From a virus: DNA of 64,000 bases. The DNA is taken from positions 64,001 to 128,000 of the IMG/VR virus record IMGVR_UViG_3300045912_000789. One strand, given 5' to 3'. Under the pieces are notes generated by a model, which worked only from the letters and a program-made list of their open reading frames with translations, had not been told where the DNA came from and did no database searches. Shown in pieces: positions 1 to 9,173 of the stretch (the stretch's first letter is position 1; each line of letters opens with the position of its first letter). The translations under genes and the position numbers were made by a program.

Positions 1-25
1 TGAGATCGATCTTGGGCATGTTCTC

Positions 26-844
26 CTACAGCCTGCCGCGGTTGCGAATCGCGTTCATCGCGGCGTTGTCGTCCTTCCTGCGAAGCTGGGTCAGGACCGA
101 CGGCTTGCAGGTGTCTCGGTACTCGCAGCGCGGACACTCGAAGAAGTCCTCGTCCCGGGCAGGCAGGGTCTCTGCCTCGACGTGCTTCATCAACTGCTCG
201 AAGTAGTCGATCGCGGTGGCGAAGACCGCGGGATCGAAGAGCGACGGGAAGACGTGTCGCTTCGAGTTGTCCTTGCAGTAGTACCAGTTGTAGATGATCG
301 GGCAATCGTAGCGGTACGCGTAGAGGTGCGCCTGCATCAGGTGCTCCGTCTTCGGCGTGCCGCGCGCGACCATGGCCTCGAAGTTCTTGCGATTGATGCT
401 CTTCGCCTCGATGATCGACCGCTGCTGCCAGTCGTCGCACCAGATGCGAAGAACCCCGTCCGCGGTTCCGCCGATGCCGAGATCGGAGAACAGCTTGTCC
501 CACTTCGGATCGAAGGGGACCTCGCGGCACAGCTCGTAGCCGATGTTCCTCGGCTTCAGGACTCGGCCGACGTCTTCGAGCTTCTTGCCCACCAGCTCGT
601 GGATGGCGTGCCCCATGTCGAAGATCTCTAGGGAGTCCGGGTCGAGGGTGGGGATGAAGGGCGCTCGGATGTACTCGTAGACCTGCTTCCGCCGGCACGC
701 GCCGACGCCAGAGGGGTGGAAGTACCCCTGCCGGCTGCCGTCGCGGGTCACGGTGGCCAGGGCGAGCGTGTACGCGCCTTCGAGGTCGAAGATGTCGGAC
801 TTGTCGAGTGCCGCGGCATCCGCGATCGTGATGGCGCTTCTCAT
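26..844 (-). CDS. Cas4-like PD-(D/E)xK exonuclease with Fe-S cluster cysteines
   Basis: HPSGVGAC...GHAIHE...GTADG...IEAKS...QAHLY...CPRCEYRDTC; ATG at 844 overlaps the upstream TGA (ATGA); no CRISPR array seen. Confidence 0.85.
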   Translation of the reverse strand: MRSAITIADAAALDKSDIFDLEGAYTLALATVTRDGSRQGYFHPSGVGACRRKQVYEYIRAPFIPTLDPDSLEIFDMGHAIHELVGKKLEDVGRVLKPRNIGYELCREVPFDPKWDKLFSDLGIGGTADGVLRIWCDDWQQRSIIEAKSINRKNFEAMVARGTPKTEHLMQAHLYAYRYDCPIIYNWYYCKDNSKRHVFPSLFDPAVFATAIDYFEQLMKHVEAETLPARDEDFFECPRCEYRDTCKPSVLTQLRRKDDNAAMNAIRNRGRL

Positions 845-1440
845 CGCTGCTCCTTGGCCCACTGCTGCTCCCTGGTCTGGACGAGACGGAGGAGATCGCT
901 GTAGGCGATGATCGTGATGTCGCCCTTCTTGCCGGGCTGTTCCAGGTCGAGCTTGAGCCACAGCCGACGACACGGGATGTTCCCCGCGCCCCAGCCGTCC
1001 GTCCGGACTCCACGCCCGACCTTGATGCTTCGTCTTCCGATGTCCTTGGTGGCCAGCGGCACGCTGCTCCACCCAGTCAGCTCGCTGAAGAAGTTCGAGT
1101 GGATCGCGGCGAACTTCCCGTACTCTGCGAGGCTCCCGATCCCGATCTCCATGACGAAGACCGGGGCTTGGCCCGCCTTCTCGGCGGCCACCAGGAGCTT
1201 CTGCCAGTCCGAGCTGCTCAGCGAGTAGCCCGAGCTGCGCGTCGTCTTCACCTCGACTCGGAAGGTGAACAGCGAGCTGTCTCGCAGTACGCCATCCGTG
1301 ATCTGGACCCGCGAGGGCACCACGACGTCGGCCTTCTCGTCGCCGGCGCCCGAGAGGAAGGTCTTGCGCCCACCGAGATCGGAGGCGGTCTGCCGCTCCG
1401 CCGCGGTGGCTCGCTTCTTCCTGCGTCTCTGGATCGTCAT
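841..1440 (-). CDS. Holliday junction resolvase-like PD-(D/E)xK nuclease
   Basis: AERQTA...SGAG...KADV...VEVKTT...WQKL pattern; GGAGA RBS; next to recA. Confidence 0.6.
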   Translation of the reverse strand: MTIQRRRKKRATAAERQTASDLGGRKTFLSGAGDEKADVVVPSRVQITDGVLRDSSLFTFRVEVKTTRSSGYSLSSSDWQKLLVAAEKAGQAPVFVMEIGIGSLAEYGKFAAIHSNFFSELTGWSSVPLATKDIGRRSIKVGRGVRTDGWGAGNIPCRRLWLKLDLEQPGKKGDITIIAYSDLLRLVQTREQQWAKEQR

Positions 1441-1451
1441 GTGGTCTCCAC

Positions 1452-1483
1452 GGCCGTGCCCGGGGAAGGTCCCGAGCACGGCC
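1452..1483 (-). terminator. GC-rich hairpin between recA and the resolvase gene
   Basis: ggccgtgc-c-cggg / cccg-a-gcacggcc inverted repeat; no U-tract. Confidence 0.35.
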
Positions 1484-1511
1484 TGATAGGTCAGCGGAAC
1501 CTGTAGATGAT
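1481..1511 (-). promoter_or_regulatory. Phage-specific promoter-like motif ATCAT-N16-CCTATCAG
   Basis: Matches the motif repeated upstream of other minus-strand genes. Confidence 0.4.
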
Positions 1512-2786
1512 CCCGGAGCGCCGGAAGCACTCCGAACGAAGGAGGTCGATCAGCTCAGGGTGCTCGGTGATGTACCGGCGCACCTTGTCGCGGCCCTGGA
1601 GGTTGAAGCCGAACTCCTCGTGCTCGTACTTGATCCAGGTGGTGCCCTCGAACACGCCCAGCTTCAGGCAGGTGGTGACGAGATCGCCGATCTTGTCGAC
1701 GCCGATGTCGTAGTAGAAGTCGAACTCGCCGTTCTTGCCGTCGTGGGTCCCGAGCTTGCCCTTCGTCAGCTCCCACCGGACCTTGCGGCCGATGTTCACC
1801 TTCTCGACCGCATCGTGGTGGTAGGGACCCTTGTGGATCGACAGCTCGATCGCCTTGCCGTGCTTCAGCGCCCAGACCTTGGCTCCGCCCTCGTACTTGT
1901 CCTTCTCCATGACGGGGCGGCCACGCACCGGCGCCGCGTCTCGCTTCGCCCGCATCTGGTTGACGAGGAAGAGCGTGGTCTCGTTGCGCCCACTCCGATC
2001 GTTGTTGAGCGTCATGGCGAGCTTGGGCATGAACTTCGAGATCAGGGTGGCCTCGCTGCTCTGGCGCGCGAAGTCCTCGAAGCTCTCCTGCTCCTCCTTC
2101 GCCTCGGTCTGGAGCGAGCCGATGCTGTTGACGACGATCATCTGGCACCGGTTCGAGGCCACCAGCTTGATGATCGCGTCGAAGCCCTTCTCGGCCGTCA
2201 CGCCGTCGATGATGAGGATCTGGCCGACCTGCGTCTGAAGCTCGGCACGGCGTTCCTCGCTCATCGGCGGCTTGCCCTCCTTTACGAGAGCCTCGTCCAG
2301 CTCGTCCAGCTCCTTCGGCGAGAAGGCGATCTTCAGGCCGCAGAAGTCGCGCATGAAGAGCTTGTCCGCCTTGAACTCGGTGAAGAAGATGCACATGCCG
2401 AAGTCGTCGCCGTAGATGCGCTGGACCTCGGCAGCCGTGACCCAGAGCAGGTAGTCCTTGCCGGCGCCGTCCGGGCCGACCAGAACGGTGGTAGCGCTGG
2501 CCGGGAAGCCCCCTGCCAGCTCGATGTCGAGCGAGGTGATCCCCGTGGGACGGCGCAGCAGGTACAGCGTCTCCATGTCCGAGGCACGGCGCACCACGTT
2601 CATGCCCAGCTCTCGGTTCACCGAGTCCATCACGTCGTCGAGCGTGACGGCCTCCTTGGCCTCGCTGGGCTCGGTCTTGCTCCGCTGCTTCGTCTGGGGC
2701 TTCGCGCTCACCGCCTGCTTCGTCTGGCTGGCCGTGGTCGCCTTCTTGCTCTTGTTGCTCTTCGGTGCGGCCTTCCTCGTTGCCAT
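1491..2786 (-). CDS. recA: RecA/UvsX-like recombinase with atypical Walker motifs
   Basis: TGITSLDIELAGGFP...GPDGAGKD, IVVNSIGSL, LVNQMR, GGAKVWALKH; GGAG RBS; basic N-terminal extension. Confidence 0.88.
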   Translation of the reverse strand: MATRKAAPKSNKSKKATTASQTKQAVSAKPQTKQRSKTEPSEAKEAVTLDDVMDSVNRELGMNVVRRASDMETLYLLRRPTGITSLDIELAGGFPASATTVLVGPDGAGKDYLLWVTAAEVQRIYGDDFGMCIFFTEFKADKLFMRDFCGLKIAFSPKELDELDEALVKEGKPPMSEERRAELQTQVGQILIIDGVTAEKGFDAIIKLVASNRCQMIVVNSIGSLQTEAKEEQESFEDFARQSSEATLISKFMPKLAMTLNNDRSGRNETTLFLVNQMRAKRDAAPVRGRPVMEKDKYEGGAKVWALKHGKAIELSIHKGPYHHDAVEKVNIGRKVRWELTKGKLGTHDGKNGEFDFYYDIGVDKIGDLVTTCLKLGVFEGTTWIKYEHEEFGFNLQGRDKVRRYITEHPELIDLLRSECFRRSGIIYRFR

Positions 2787-2788
2787 CT

Positions 2789-3223
2789 TCACTCCTGTTC
2801 GATCGGAAGACGAGGAAGAGGAATCCGCTTCTTCACCAGAAGGGCCTCGGCCTCGTCGCTGAGGTGGATCTCGAACTGCTGCTTGTACTGCTCGTACCGC
2901 TCTGCGCCAGTGGCGAGTACGTTCCGGACGAGCAGGTTGCGGATGGTGGTCGTCTCGTCTTGGCAGATGTCGCCGAGGTGGAACCCGGGATGGTCTTCGC
3001 AGATCTTGGTCTTCGTGGACAGCAGCCCCCGCGCCTCGTTGTAGTAGAGGCCCTGGAAGCCGCCCTCCCACGAAGTCCAGCCGATCAGGGGGCGAAGCTG
3101 AACGTGGAGACGGGCCCGCTCGCGCAGGCCCTCCTCCCCGTCCTGCTCGACCGCCACCGGCTCCATGGGCTCTGCACGGAGGAACACGCCGTACCACCCT
3201 CGTGCCTGTAGTAGCTGGGTCAC
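2789..3223 (-). CDS. hypothetical protein (144 aa)
   Basis: GTG overlaps the polA stop (GTGA); fills the gap between polA and recA. Confidence 0.6.
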   Translation of the reverse strand: MTQLLQARGWYGVFLRAEPMEPVAVEQDGEEGLRERARLHVQLRPLIGWTSWEGGFQGLYYNEARGLLSTKTKICEDHPGFHLGDICQDETTTIRNLLVRNVLATGAERYEQYKQQFEIHLSDEAEALLVKKRIPLPRLPIEQE

Positions 3224-5229
3224 TTCACGTCCGTCCATCGGTGCCCGACGGCACCATCGGGATCGACCGGCACCGGGTAGGTGATCCGGATCGGTCCCCA
3301 GTTGTAGGGGTCGCCCATCTTCTCCTTCATGATCTCGGCGCACCGACGACTCGTCTCTTTGGGAGCGCGAGCGATCAGCTCGTCGTGGACCGTGAGGATG
3401 AGAATCCCCCCGAGTTCGTTGAACTCCTTGTCGTGGGCGATCTGAAGCATCGCGAGCTTCATCATCTCCGACCCGGAGCCCTGGATGAGGGTGTTGTAGG
3501 CCTGGCGGCGCTCGGCAGCCGCGATGCCGCGGTTGTACGCGTTGTTGATCCGGTAGAGACGCCGGACGCGGCCGAGCATCGTGTACGTGTACTCGTTCGC
3601 CTCGGCGAACCTGTGCATGTACTCGATGTGCGCTTCGATGTTCGCGTTCGTCCGGAAGAAGGTGTCGATCAGCTCCTGAGCCTCTTCCTTCGAGCACTTC
3701 AGGTCTTGCGCCATCTTCCCGGCGCCCTCGCCGTAGAGCGCGCCGAGACCCGAGGTCTTCGCACCGTCGCGCTTCTTCAGGAGGTACTTGTCGATGTCGC
3801 CGAAGGATGGGTCCTTGCGGTCCTTCTTGTCCTTCGCCGCCATGATCGCCTCGTACGTGACGAGAGGATCGCTCTTGTACATGGCGGCAGCGTTCGCGGA
3901 GTGGATGTCCCAGCCCTTGCGGATGGCCTCCATCATCTCTTCTTCGCCCGCGAGCGCCGCTGCGATGCGGAACTCGATCTGCGGGTAGTCGAAGTCGATG
4001 AGGTCGTAGCCGGGATCGGCGATGAAGCACCCTCGGATCTTGTAGGGGTCGTTCCTCACCGGGATGTTCTGCATGTTCGGGTTCGACGACGAGAGGCGCG
4101 AGGTGCGGGCTCCGCTCTGGTTCAGGCGGCAGTGCACGCGACCGTCCGGGCCCAGGTAGGTCCGGATCTTCTTCACGTACGTGCCGTAGAGCTTGTTGAG
4201 CTTCGCCAGCGCGAGCTTTGCGTCGATGAACTGGAACTCCGGCGAGTCGTGCGACACGCGGAGCTTCAGGATGTTCAGCGTCTTCTCGTCCACCGACGGC
4301 TTGGGCTCCGAGCCCTTGCCGCCCGAGGTGAACTTGATCGGCTTCATCCCGAAGTGGTCCTTGCCGTAGAGGATGTCGCGGATCTCGTCCTCGGCCTTCG
4401 TGTTGAAGCGGTACCCCATCAGGTCGTACAGCTTCTTCTCGGCCGCCGCGATGCCGTCCTTCATCGGGCCTTCGATCTTCTTCACCCAGTCGAGGTCGAC
4501 GAGGAAGCCCGCGCGCTCCATCCCCCAGAGGACCTTGGTGAGCGGCACCTCGATCGTCCGGTAGTAGTCGAACAGCGACGCCATGGGCGTCATCGTCGAC
4601 TCCAGCCCCACGTTCGCCAGGTTCTTCGCGAGATCCTGAGCGCGCATGAAGGTGAAGTACGAGTCGCAGCTCGCGTAGTTCTGCACCAGCTCGGGCTGCT
4701 CGTTGTAGACGAAGTTCAGCTTGTCGCCGCCCTCCATCTTCTTGAACTTCGCGAACGTGTACTTGTCGAGCCCGAGGGACTCCGAGACCATGTGAGGATC
4801 GAGGAACAGCTCCTTGAACTCGCCCCACCTCGCCTCGTACGCGAACCAGGCCTGATCTTTCAGACCGTGATCGCGCGTGTCGTCCTCCATGGCGTCCATG
4901 TCGATGATGTCCCAGACGTCACCGACGAGGCCGTAGCCCATGTTCCGGAGGATGTGCATGTCGTACTTGGCGTTCGCCAGGTACCACGTGATGTCGCGCC
5001 GCTGGAACAGTGGATCGAAGAAGCCCAGCAGCTCGTACGGGAAGAAGTACCGCCGGTCCTCAGTCGCCATCGACCAGAAGAGAACGCGGGACCTCATCAC
5101 GTCGAGGCCGGTCGTCTCCGTGTCGATCGCGACAGGACCGCCCCGATTCATGAGGTAGTTCAGAATCGGGGCGGCCTGTTCCGGCGTCTCAGCCGCCGTC
5201 ACCGGCGGAAGTAGACGCAGTCTCGGCAT
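3220..5229 (-). CDS. polA: DNA polymerase family A with 3'-5' exonuclease domain
   Basis: ExoI DTETTGL; motif A DYPQIEFR; motif B RDGAKTSGLGALYG; motif C TVHDEL; RLSSSNPNMQNIP. Confidence 0.95.
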   Translation of the reverse strand: MPRLRLLPPVTAAETPEQAAPILNYLMNRGGPVAIDTETTGLDVMRSRVLFWSMATEDRRYFFPYELLGFFDPLFQRRDITWYLANAKYDMHILRNMGYGLVGDVWDIIDMDAMEDDTRDHGLKDQAWFAYEARWGEFKELFLDPHMVSESLGLDKYTFAKFKKMEGGDKLNFVYNEQPELVQNYASCDSYFTFMRAQDLAKNLANVGLESTMTPMASLFDYYRTIEVPLTKVLWGMERAGFLVDLDWVKKIEGPMKDGIAAAEKKLYDLMGYRFNTKAEDEIRDILYGKDHFGMKPIKFTSGGKGSEPKPSVDEKTLNILKLRVSHDSPEFQFIDAKLALAKLNKLYGTYVKKIRTYLGPDGRVHCRLNQSGARTSRLSSSNPNMQNIPVRNDPYKIRGCFIADPGYDLIDFDYPQIEFRIAAALAGEEEMMEAIRKGWDIHSANAAAMYKSDPLVTYEAIMAAKDKKDRKDPSFGDIDKYLLKKRDGAKTSGLGALYGEGAGKMAQDLKCSKEEAQELIDTFFRTNANIEAHIEYMHRFAEANEYTYTMLGRVRRLYRINNAYNRGIAAAERRQAYNTLIQGSGSEMMKLAMLQIAHDKEFNELGGILILTVHDELIARAPKETSRRCAEIMKEKMGDPYNWGPIRITYPVPVDPDGAVGHRWTDVK

Positions 5230-5232
5230 CGG

Positions 5233-6507
5233 TCAGAACTTGATCGACTTGTTGCCGTCGCCGTCGTCGTCCTCGTCCCCACCGCCCTCGTCGGCGTAGG
5301 ACTCGGTGTCGCCGCCCTCGTCGGGGGCGTCGTCGTCCTTCTTCACGGCGAGGTCGGGGCGCAGGCCCTTGGTCAGCTCCTCGCCGCAGAGGAACTTCTG
5401 CGTGTCGAGGCTCTTCGGGACGAAGATCTCGGCCAGGTTGAGCGGGTTCTCGATCAGCTCCATCGCCCGCTTGTGGTCCTCGGCGTTGCCGGGCACGCCC
5501 GGCACGCGGATGGCCACGATCTCGGTGAGGTACTTCGTGCCGGTCTTCTTGCGGGTGATGCGGATGTCGAAGGACGTCAGACGACCCTCGACACCGTTGC
5601 CGCACTCCGCGCACTCGACCTTCGGCACGAAGGCGCCCTTCTCCCCGCAGGCCCCGCAGGAGCGGTTCTTGTTCCGCTCCATCGTGAGGTCCACGCCGCT
5701 GACCGTCTTCCCGATCGGGTGGACGGTCTCGCAGCCCGGGCAGATCACGTGGGTGGCGAAGAGGAGGTTCGCGCAGTTCGCGCAGTGGTTCTTCATCTTG
5801 TCGTCGGACTCGATGAGCACGCCCAGCTCCTCGGGCCCCATCGTCCAGTGCATGCGGTGCCCGAACTGGTACTTGAACTGCGCCAGCTCGGCGATGTCGT
5901 CGGCCCGCGCCTCCGCGAACGGAGCCGGGACGTACCGGTAGAGGATCTGCCCGGTGGCCTTCGACTTCTTCACCATGCCGCCGCTGTCGCGCAGCGGGAT
6001 GGCGAAGATCTTCTCCATCACCGTGATGCCGAGGGAGAACTGCGGCATGCTGCTGATCGGGGCCTTCGTGTCCGGCCGCACGCCCTTCTCCTGCTCGATC
6101 TTGTCGAGCTTGGCGTAGTGGTTCGAGCGGATGGCGCAGCCCCAGCAGGGGTGCTTCCGGTACGGACCGGCCGAGCAGATGAAGTCCGCGTCGACCCGCT
6201 TCCCGTTGTGGGTCCGGTTCTTGTTGCGCGGGATGTAGTGCTTCTGCGTCTCGTACCAGGTCGTCTCGGTCTGGACGACCGCCTTCTCCTTGCGATCGTA
6301 GATCTCCTGCTGGTACAGTGCGAACGGCGAGATGTTGATCCAGATCGGGGTCTCGCCGGGGTAGAAGCGGTCGAACTGGCCGACGGCGATCTTGCCGCTA
6401 CCACCTCCCCGCTTGTTGGCCTCCTGGCGGCGGCGACCCTGATCACCCAGGCGCGGGGCCCCGAGGGCGCCAGCGCTTCGCGTCTTCATGAAGGAACCGT
6501 TGGACAT
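5233..6507 (-). CDS. putative single-stranded DNA-binding protein with Zn ribbons and acidic tail
   Basis: Between primase and polymerase; C-x9-C-x2-C plus four CxxC; acidic C-terminus ending in Phe. Confidence 0.55.
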   Translation of the reverse strand: MSNGSFMKTRSAGALGAPRLGDQGRRRQEANKRGGGSGKIAVGQFDRFYPGETPIWINISPFALYQQEIYDRKEKAVVQTETTWYETQKHYIPRNKNRTHNGKRVDADFICSAGPYRKHPCWGCAIRSNHYAKLDKIEQEKGVRPDTKAPISSMPQFSLGITVMEKIFAIPLRDSGGMVKKSKATGQILYRYVPAPFAEARADDIAELAQFKYQFGHRMHWTMGPEELGVLIESDDKMKNHCANCANLLFATHVICPGCETVHPIGKTVSGVDLTMERNKNRSCGACGEKGAFVPKVECAECGNGVEGRLTSFDIRITRKKTGTKYLTEIVAIRVPGVPGNAEDHKRAMELIENPLNLAEIFVPKSLDTQKFLCGEELTKGLRPDLAVKKDDDAPDEGGDTESYADEGGGDEDDDGDGNKSIKF

Positions 6508-7525
6508 GATCGTGTTGTCTCCAGTGGATGTATCGCTCAGCGTTTTTGATCGAAAGTCGAACTTCTTCAGTAGTCAGATCGTCAGGCTGTTCACGTTCGT
6601 CGGGATACGCCGCCACGCGGACGTCGATCCCGTACTGGGAGAGTATCCTCCCGGCGCGCACCGTACCACGCCAACCGGCCTCGTTGTTGTCGAGGAAGAG
6701 GATGACGTACTGGACGGTCGAAGCGATCAGCTCGGCGTGCAGACCCGTAAGATAAGCACCGATGAGGGCGACCGTGCTCTGATAGCCGGCTTGCCAGGTC
6801 CACATGCAGGCCTTGAATCCCTCGGTGACGATGAAGGGCTCGTCCTGCTCGGTGTTGGTGTAGAAGAACGGCCGGACCACGTGGGCGTGCCAGAGGACCG
6901 CGTCCTTCACCTCCTCCATCGAGTAGTCCTCCGGGATGTGGAACCCGTCCCGGAGCTTCATCTCGGAGTCGTAGATCTTGTAGCGAGGCTCCTGGTAGTC
7001 CAGGATGGCGCGGCCCGAGATGCCCACCAGCTCGCCGTAGATGTTCCGGATCGGGAACGTGATGCGCATGTTGCTCACGTCGTACCCGACCTCGAAGTGC
7101 CGAAGCGTGCGCTTGTCGAAGCCCTGCCGCATCAGCGCCTTCGGAGCCATGCGGTAGTCGTCGAGGATGTCCTCGTCGAGGATGAAGGGGCCGCGGTACA
7201 CGTTCGTGCTCGCCGTGAGGCGCGCGGCCACCTTCCCCCTCGCCGAGAGCGCGGGACCGGGCTTGTCCATCCCGGTCGCCTTCAGGATCGTGCTGACGCC
7301 CTCTCTGCCGAGCCCGAAGCTCTTCAGGATCTTCGAGAGGTGCCCAGACGCCTGGCAGGCGTGGCAGAAGAACACGGGCTTCTCCAGCGACACCGAGCAC
7401 GACGGGGTCTTCTCCTGACCGCTGCCGTGGAACGGGCACTGGATCATCACGTAGCCGCTGCCCCGCTTCGAGTTCGCCTGGAGCCCAGGCGCGAGGGAGA
7501 ACAGGGCCGACGCGACGTCCGTCAT
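6443..7525 (-). CDS. dnaG: DnaG-like DNA primase
   Basis: CHC2 finger CPFH...CHAC; RITFPIRN...GISGR; TOPRIM VTEG...FLDNNEAG. Confidence 0.88.
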   Translation of the reverse strand: MTDVASALFSLAPGLQANSKRGSGYVMIQCPFHGSGQEKTPSCSVSLEKPVFFCHACQASGHLSKILKSFGLGREGVSTILKATGMDKPGPALSARGKVAARLTASTNVYRGPFILDEDILDDYRMAPKALMRQGFDKRTLRHFEVGYDVSNMRITFPIRNIYGELVGISGRAILDYQEPRYKIYDSEMKLRDGFHIPEDYSMEEVKDAVLWHAHVVRPFFYTNTEQDEPFIVTEGFKACMWTWQAGYQSTVALIGAYLTGLHAELIASTVQYVILFLDNNEAGWRGTVRAGRILSQYGIDVRVAAYPDEREQPDDLTTEEVRLSIKNAERYIHWRQHDHVQRFLHEDAKRWRPRGPAPG

Positions 7526-9066
7526 CAGCCCCCCTCGCCCTCCGACACGAGCGGCGTGGTGTCGGTCTCCGCCGCATCGGGGAAGTCGTTCATGATGCGC
7601 TTCTCCTCCAGGCGGGCTGCGGCCTTCGCCTCAGCCTGCACGAGCTGCTTGTTCGCGCTGGTCTTGGTGCCGAAGTTGGAGGCCTTCTTCTTGACCTCCT
7701 CGGCCTCTTCCTTCGCCTCCTCTTCGTCCTCTTGCTTCAGCAGATCGGCGACCATCTTCTTGTTCGTGATGGTGGCCATCTCGCTGAAGTCCGAGCACGG
7801 CACGTTGTGGATGAGGATCCCGTCGAACGGGAACTCGCGACCACCGAGAGCGACCAGCGCGGACACGTCCTCGCCGTTCATCTTGCCGGTGATCACTCGG
7901 AAGCCGATGTCCATGTCCTGGCCGAAGGCGTCCGAGTAGCCGAGGTTCGAGAGCGAGCCGATCTTGTTGTCGGCCTCGCGGTTGAGCTGGTGCGTACCGA
8001 TCATCACGACGTTCATGGTCATCGCGAGATCCTTGAGGTTGCGCGAGAGCGCCGACATGACCTTCCAGTCGGTGTCGTTGCGCTTGGCGCCGTCCGCGAC
8101 CTGTCGGTAGAACGAGTCGCAGATGACGATGTCCGGCCGGAACAGCTCGATCTGAGACTCCATCCAGGACACCGGCCGGCCCGTCGACTCGATGATGTCG
8201 ATGGACGGCAGCGAACCGGGAGGGAGGTCGGGGATCGAGCTGCGCAGGCGGAACTCGTAGTGGTCGTCCTCTTCGTTCGGCCACTTCCCCCACGCCCGAG
8301 CCGCCTCGATGAGGCGCATCTCCTCGGCGGGGTCGAGCGAGCTGTCCTTGAACTCGCTGTAGCGCAGCTTGCAGAGCGTGGCGATCGCGCGGAGAAGGAC
8401 GAGTCGGCGCTTCATCTCCGGGGTGAAGATGAGCACCCGTGCGCGGTGGTAGGCGAAGGCGTGCACCCCGACACTGATCGCGGTGAACGTCTTCCGGGAC
8501 TTCGGGCGTCCCGCGATGATCGTGAACTCGCCGCGCTGCATGCCGCGCGTCGGCTTCTGTAGAGTCGGCCACGGCCACGGGATCCCCTCGGGCAAGATGA
8601 CCCCGTTGTCGTAGTCGGCGAGCACCTCATCGAACCCCGTGGCGAGGCTGATGTGCTTCGACCGCTGGAGCTTGTCCGTCATCCGACGCAGCTCTGCTTG
8701 CGTCTTGATGAGCGGATCGACGAGGCTGTCGGGCGACTTCGCGAGGTTGTCCAGCTCGATCGACATCTCCTGGATCCGCGACTTCATCTTCTGCGTCTGG
8801 GTCTCGTAGACCAGAGCTTCGAGAGTGTCGCCGGGATCCGGGTCGGGGAGGTCGATCGCGCCGCTCGTGAACCTGCTTCTCACCACAGACAGGGAAGGAA
8901 AACGCGCGACCCCGTCCGTGTTCGAGCGATACGTCGTGATGAAGTTGAAGACGACCGTCCCCTGTTCGGTCGTCATGTGCTCCGCGGTGATCTCACCCTG
9001 TTGGATCGGGGTGAAGTTCCCGCTGTGAAGCATCTTGGCGAGAAGTCGGAGTTCTACGTTGACCAC
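7525..9066 (-). CDS. dnaB: DnaB-like replicative helicase
   Basis: AGRPKSRKT, FTPEM, VICDSFY, HQLNR, SDAFGQDMD; coupled to the primase (TGATG); GTG start inferred. Confidence 0.85.
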   Translation of the reverse strand: MVNVELRLLAKMLHSGNFTPIQQGEITAEHMTTEQGTVVFNFITTYRSNTDGVARFPSLSVVRSRFTSGAIDLPDPDPGDTLEALVYETQTQKMKSRIQEMSIELDNLAKSPDSLVDPLIKTQAELRRMTDKLQRSKHISLATGFDEVLADYDNGVILPEGIPWPWPTLQKPTRGMQRGEFTIIAGRPKSRKTFTAISVGVHAFAYHRARVLIFTPEMKRRLVLLRAIATLCKLRYSEFKDSSLDPAEEMRLIEAARAWGKWPNEEDDHYEFRLRSSIPDLPPGSLPSIDIIESTGRPVSWMESQIELFRPDIVICDSFYRQVADGAKRNDTDWKVMSALSRNLKDLAMTMNVVMIGTHQLNREADNKIGSLSNLGYSDAFGQDMDIGFRVITGKMNGEDVSALVALGGREFPFDGILIHNVPCSDFSEMATITNKKMVADLLKQEDEEEAKEEAEEVKKKASNFGTKTSANKQLVQAEAKAAARLEEKRIMNDFPDAAETDTTPLVSEGEGG

Positions 9067-9116
9067 TGACGCTCCCGGACCTGCCGTTCTAAGGGCCCTG
9101 CTCCCGCTGCGCAATA

Positions 9117-9156
9117 GGGGCGGCGCCGACCACAACCTGTTGTGGCTGCCCGCCCC
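9117..9156. other. long intergenic hairpin containing CCACAAC-ct-GTTGTGG palindrome
   Basis: ggggcgg...ccacaac ct gttgtgg...ccgcccc. Confidence 0.35.
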
Positions 9157-9173
9157 GGGCTACGCTGCCGGAG

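Noticed and set aside
26-844. Cas4-like gene as evidence of a CRISPR-Cas system
   Set aside because: No repeat-spacer array or other cas genes seen; solo Cas4-like nucleases are common in phage replication modules
6775-6786. GCTATCAGAG match to the promoter motif inside dnaG; also CCTATTGC near 9111
   Set aside because: The first is inside coding sequence far from a start; both are imperfect and lack the upstream TCAA box
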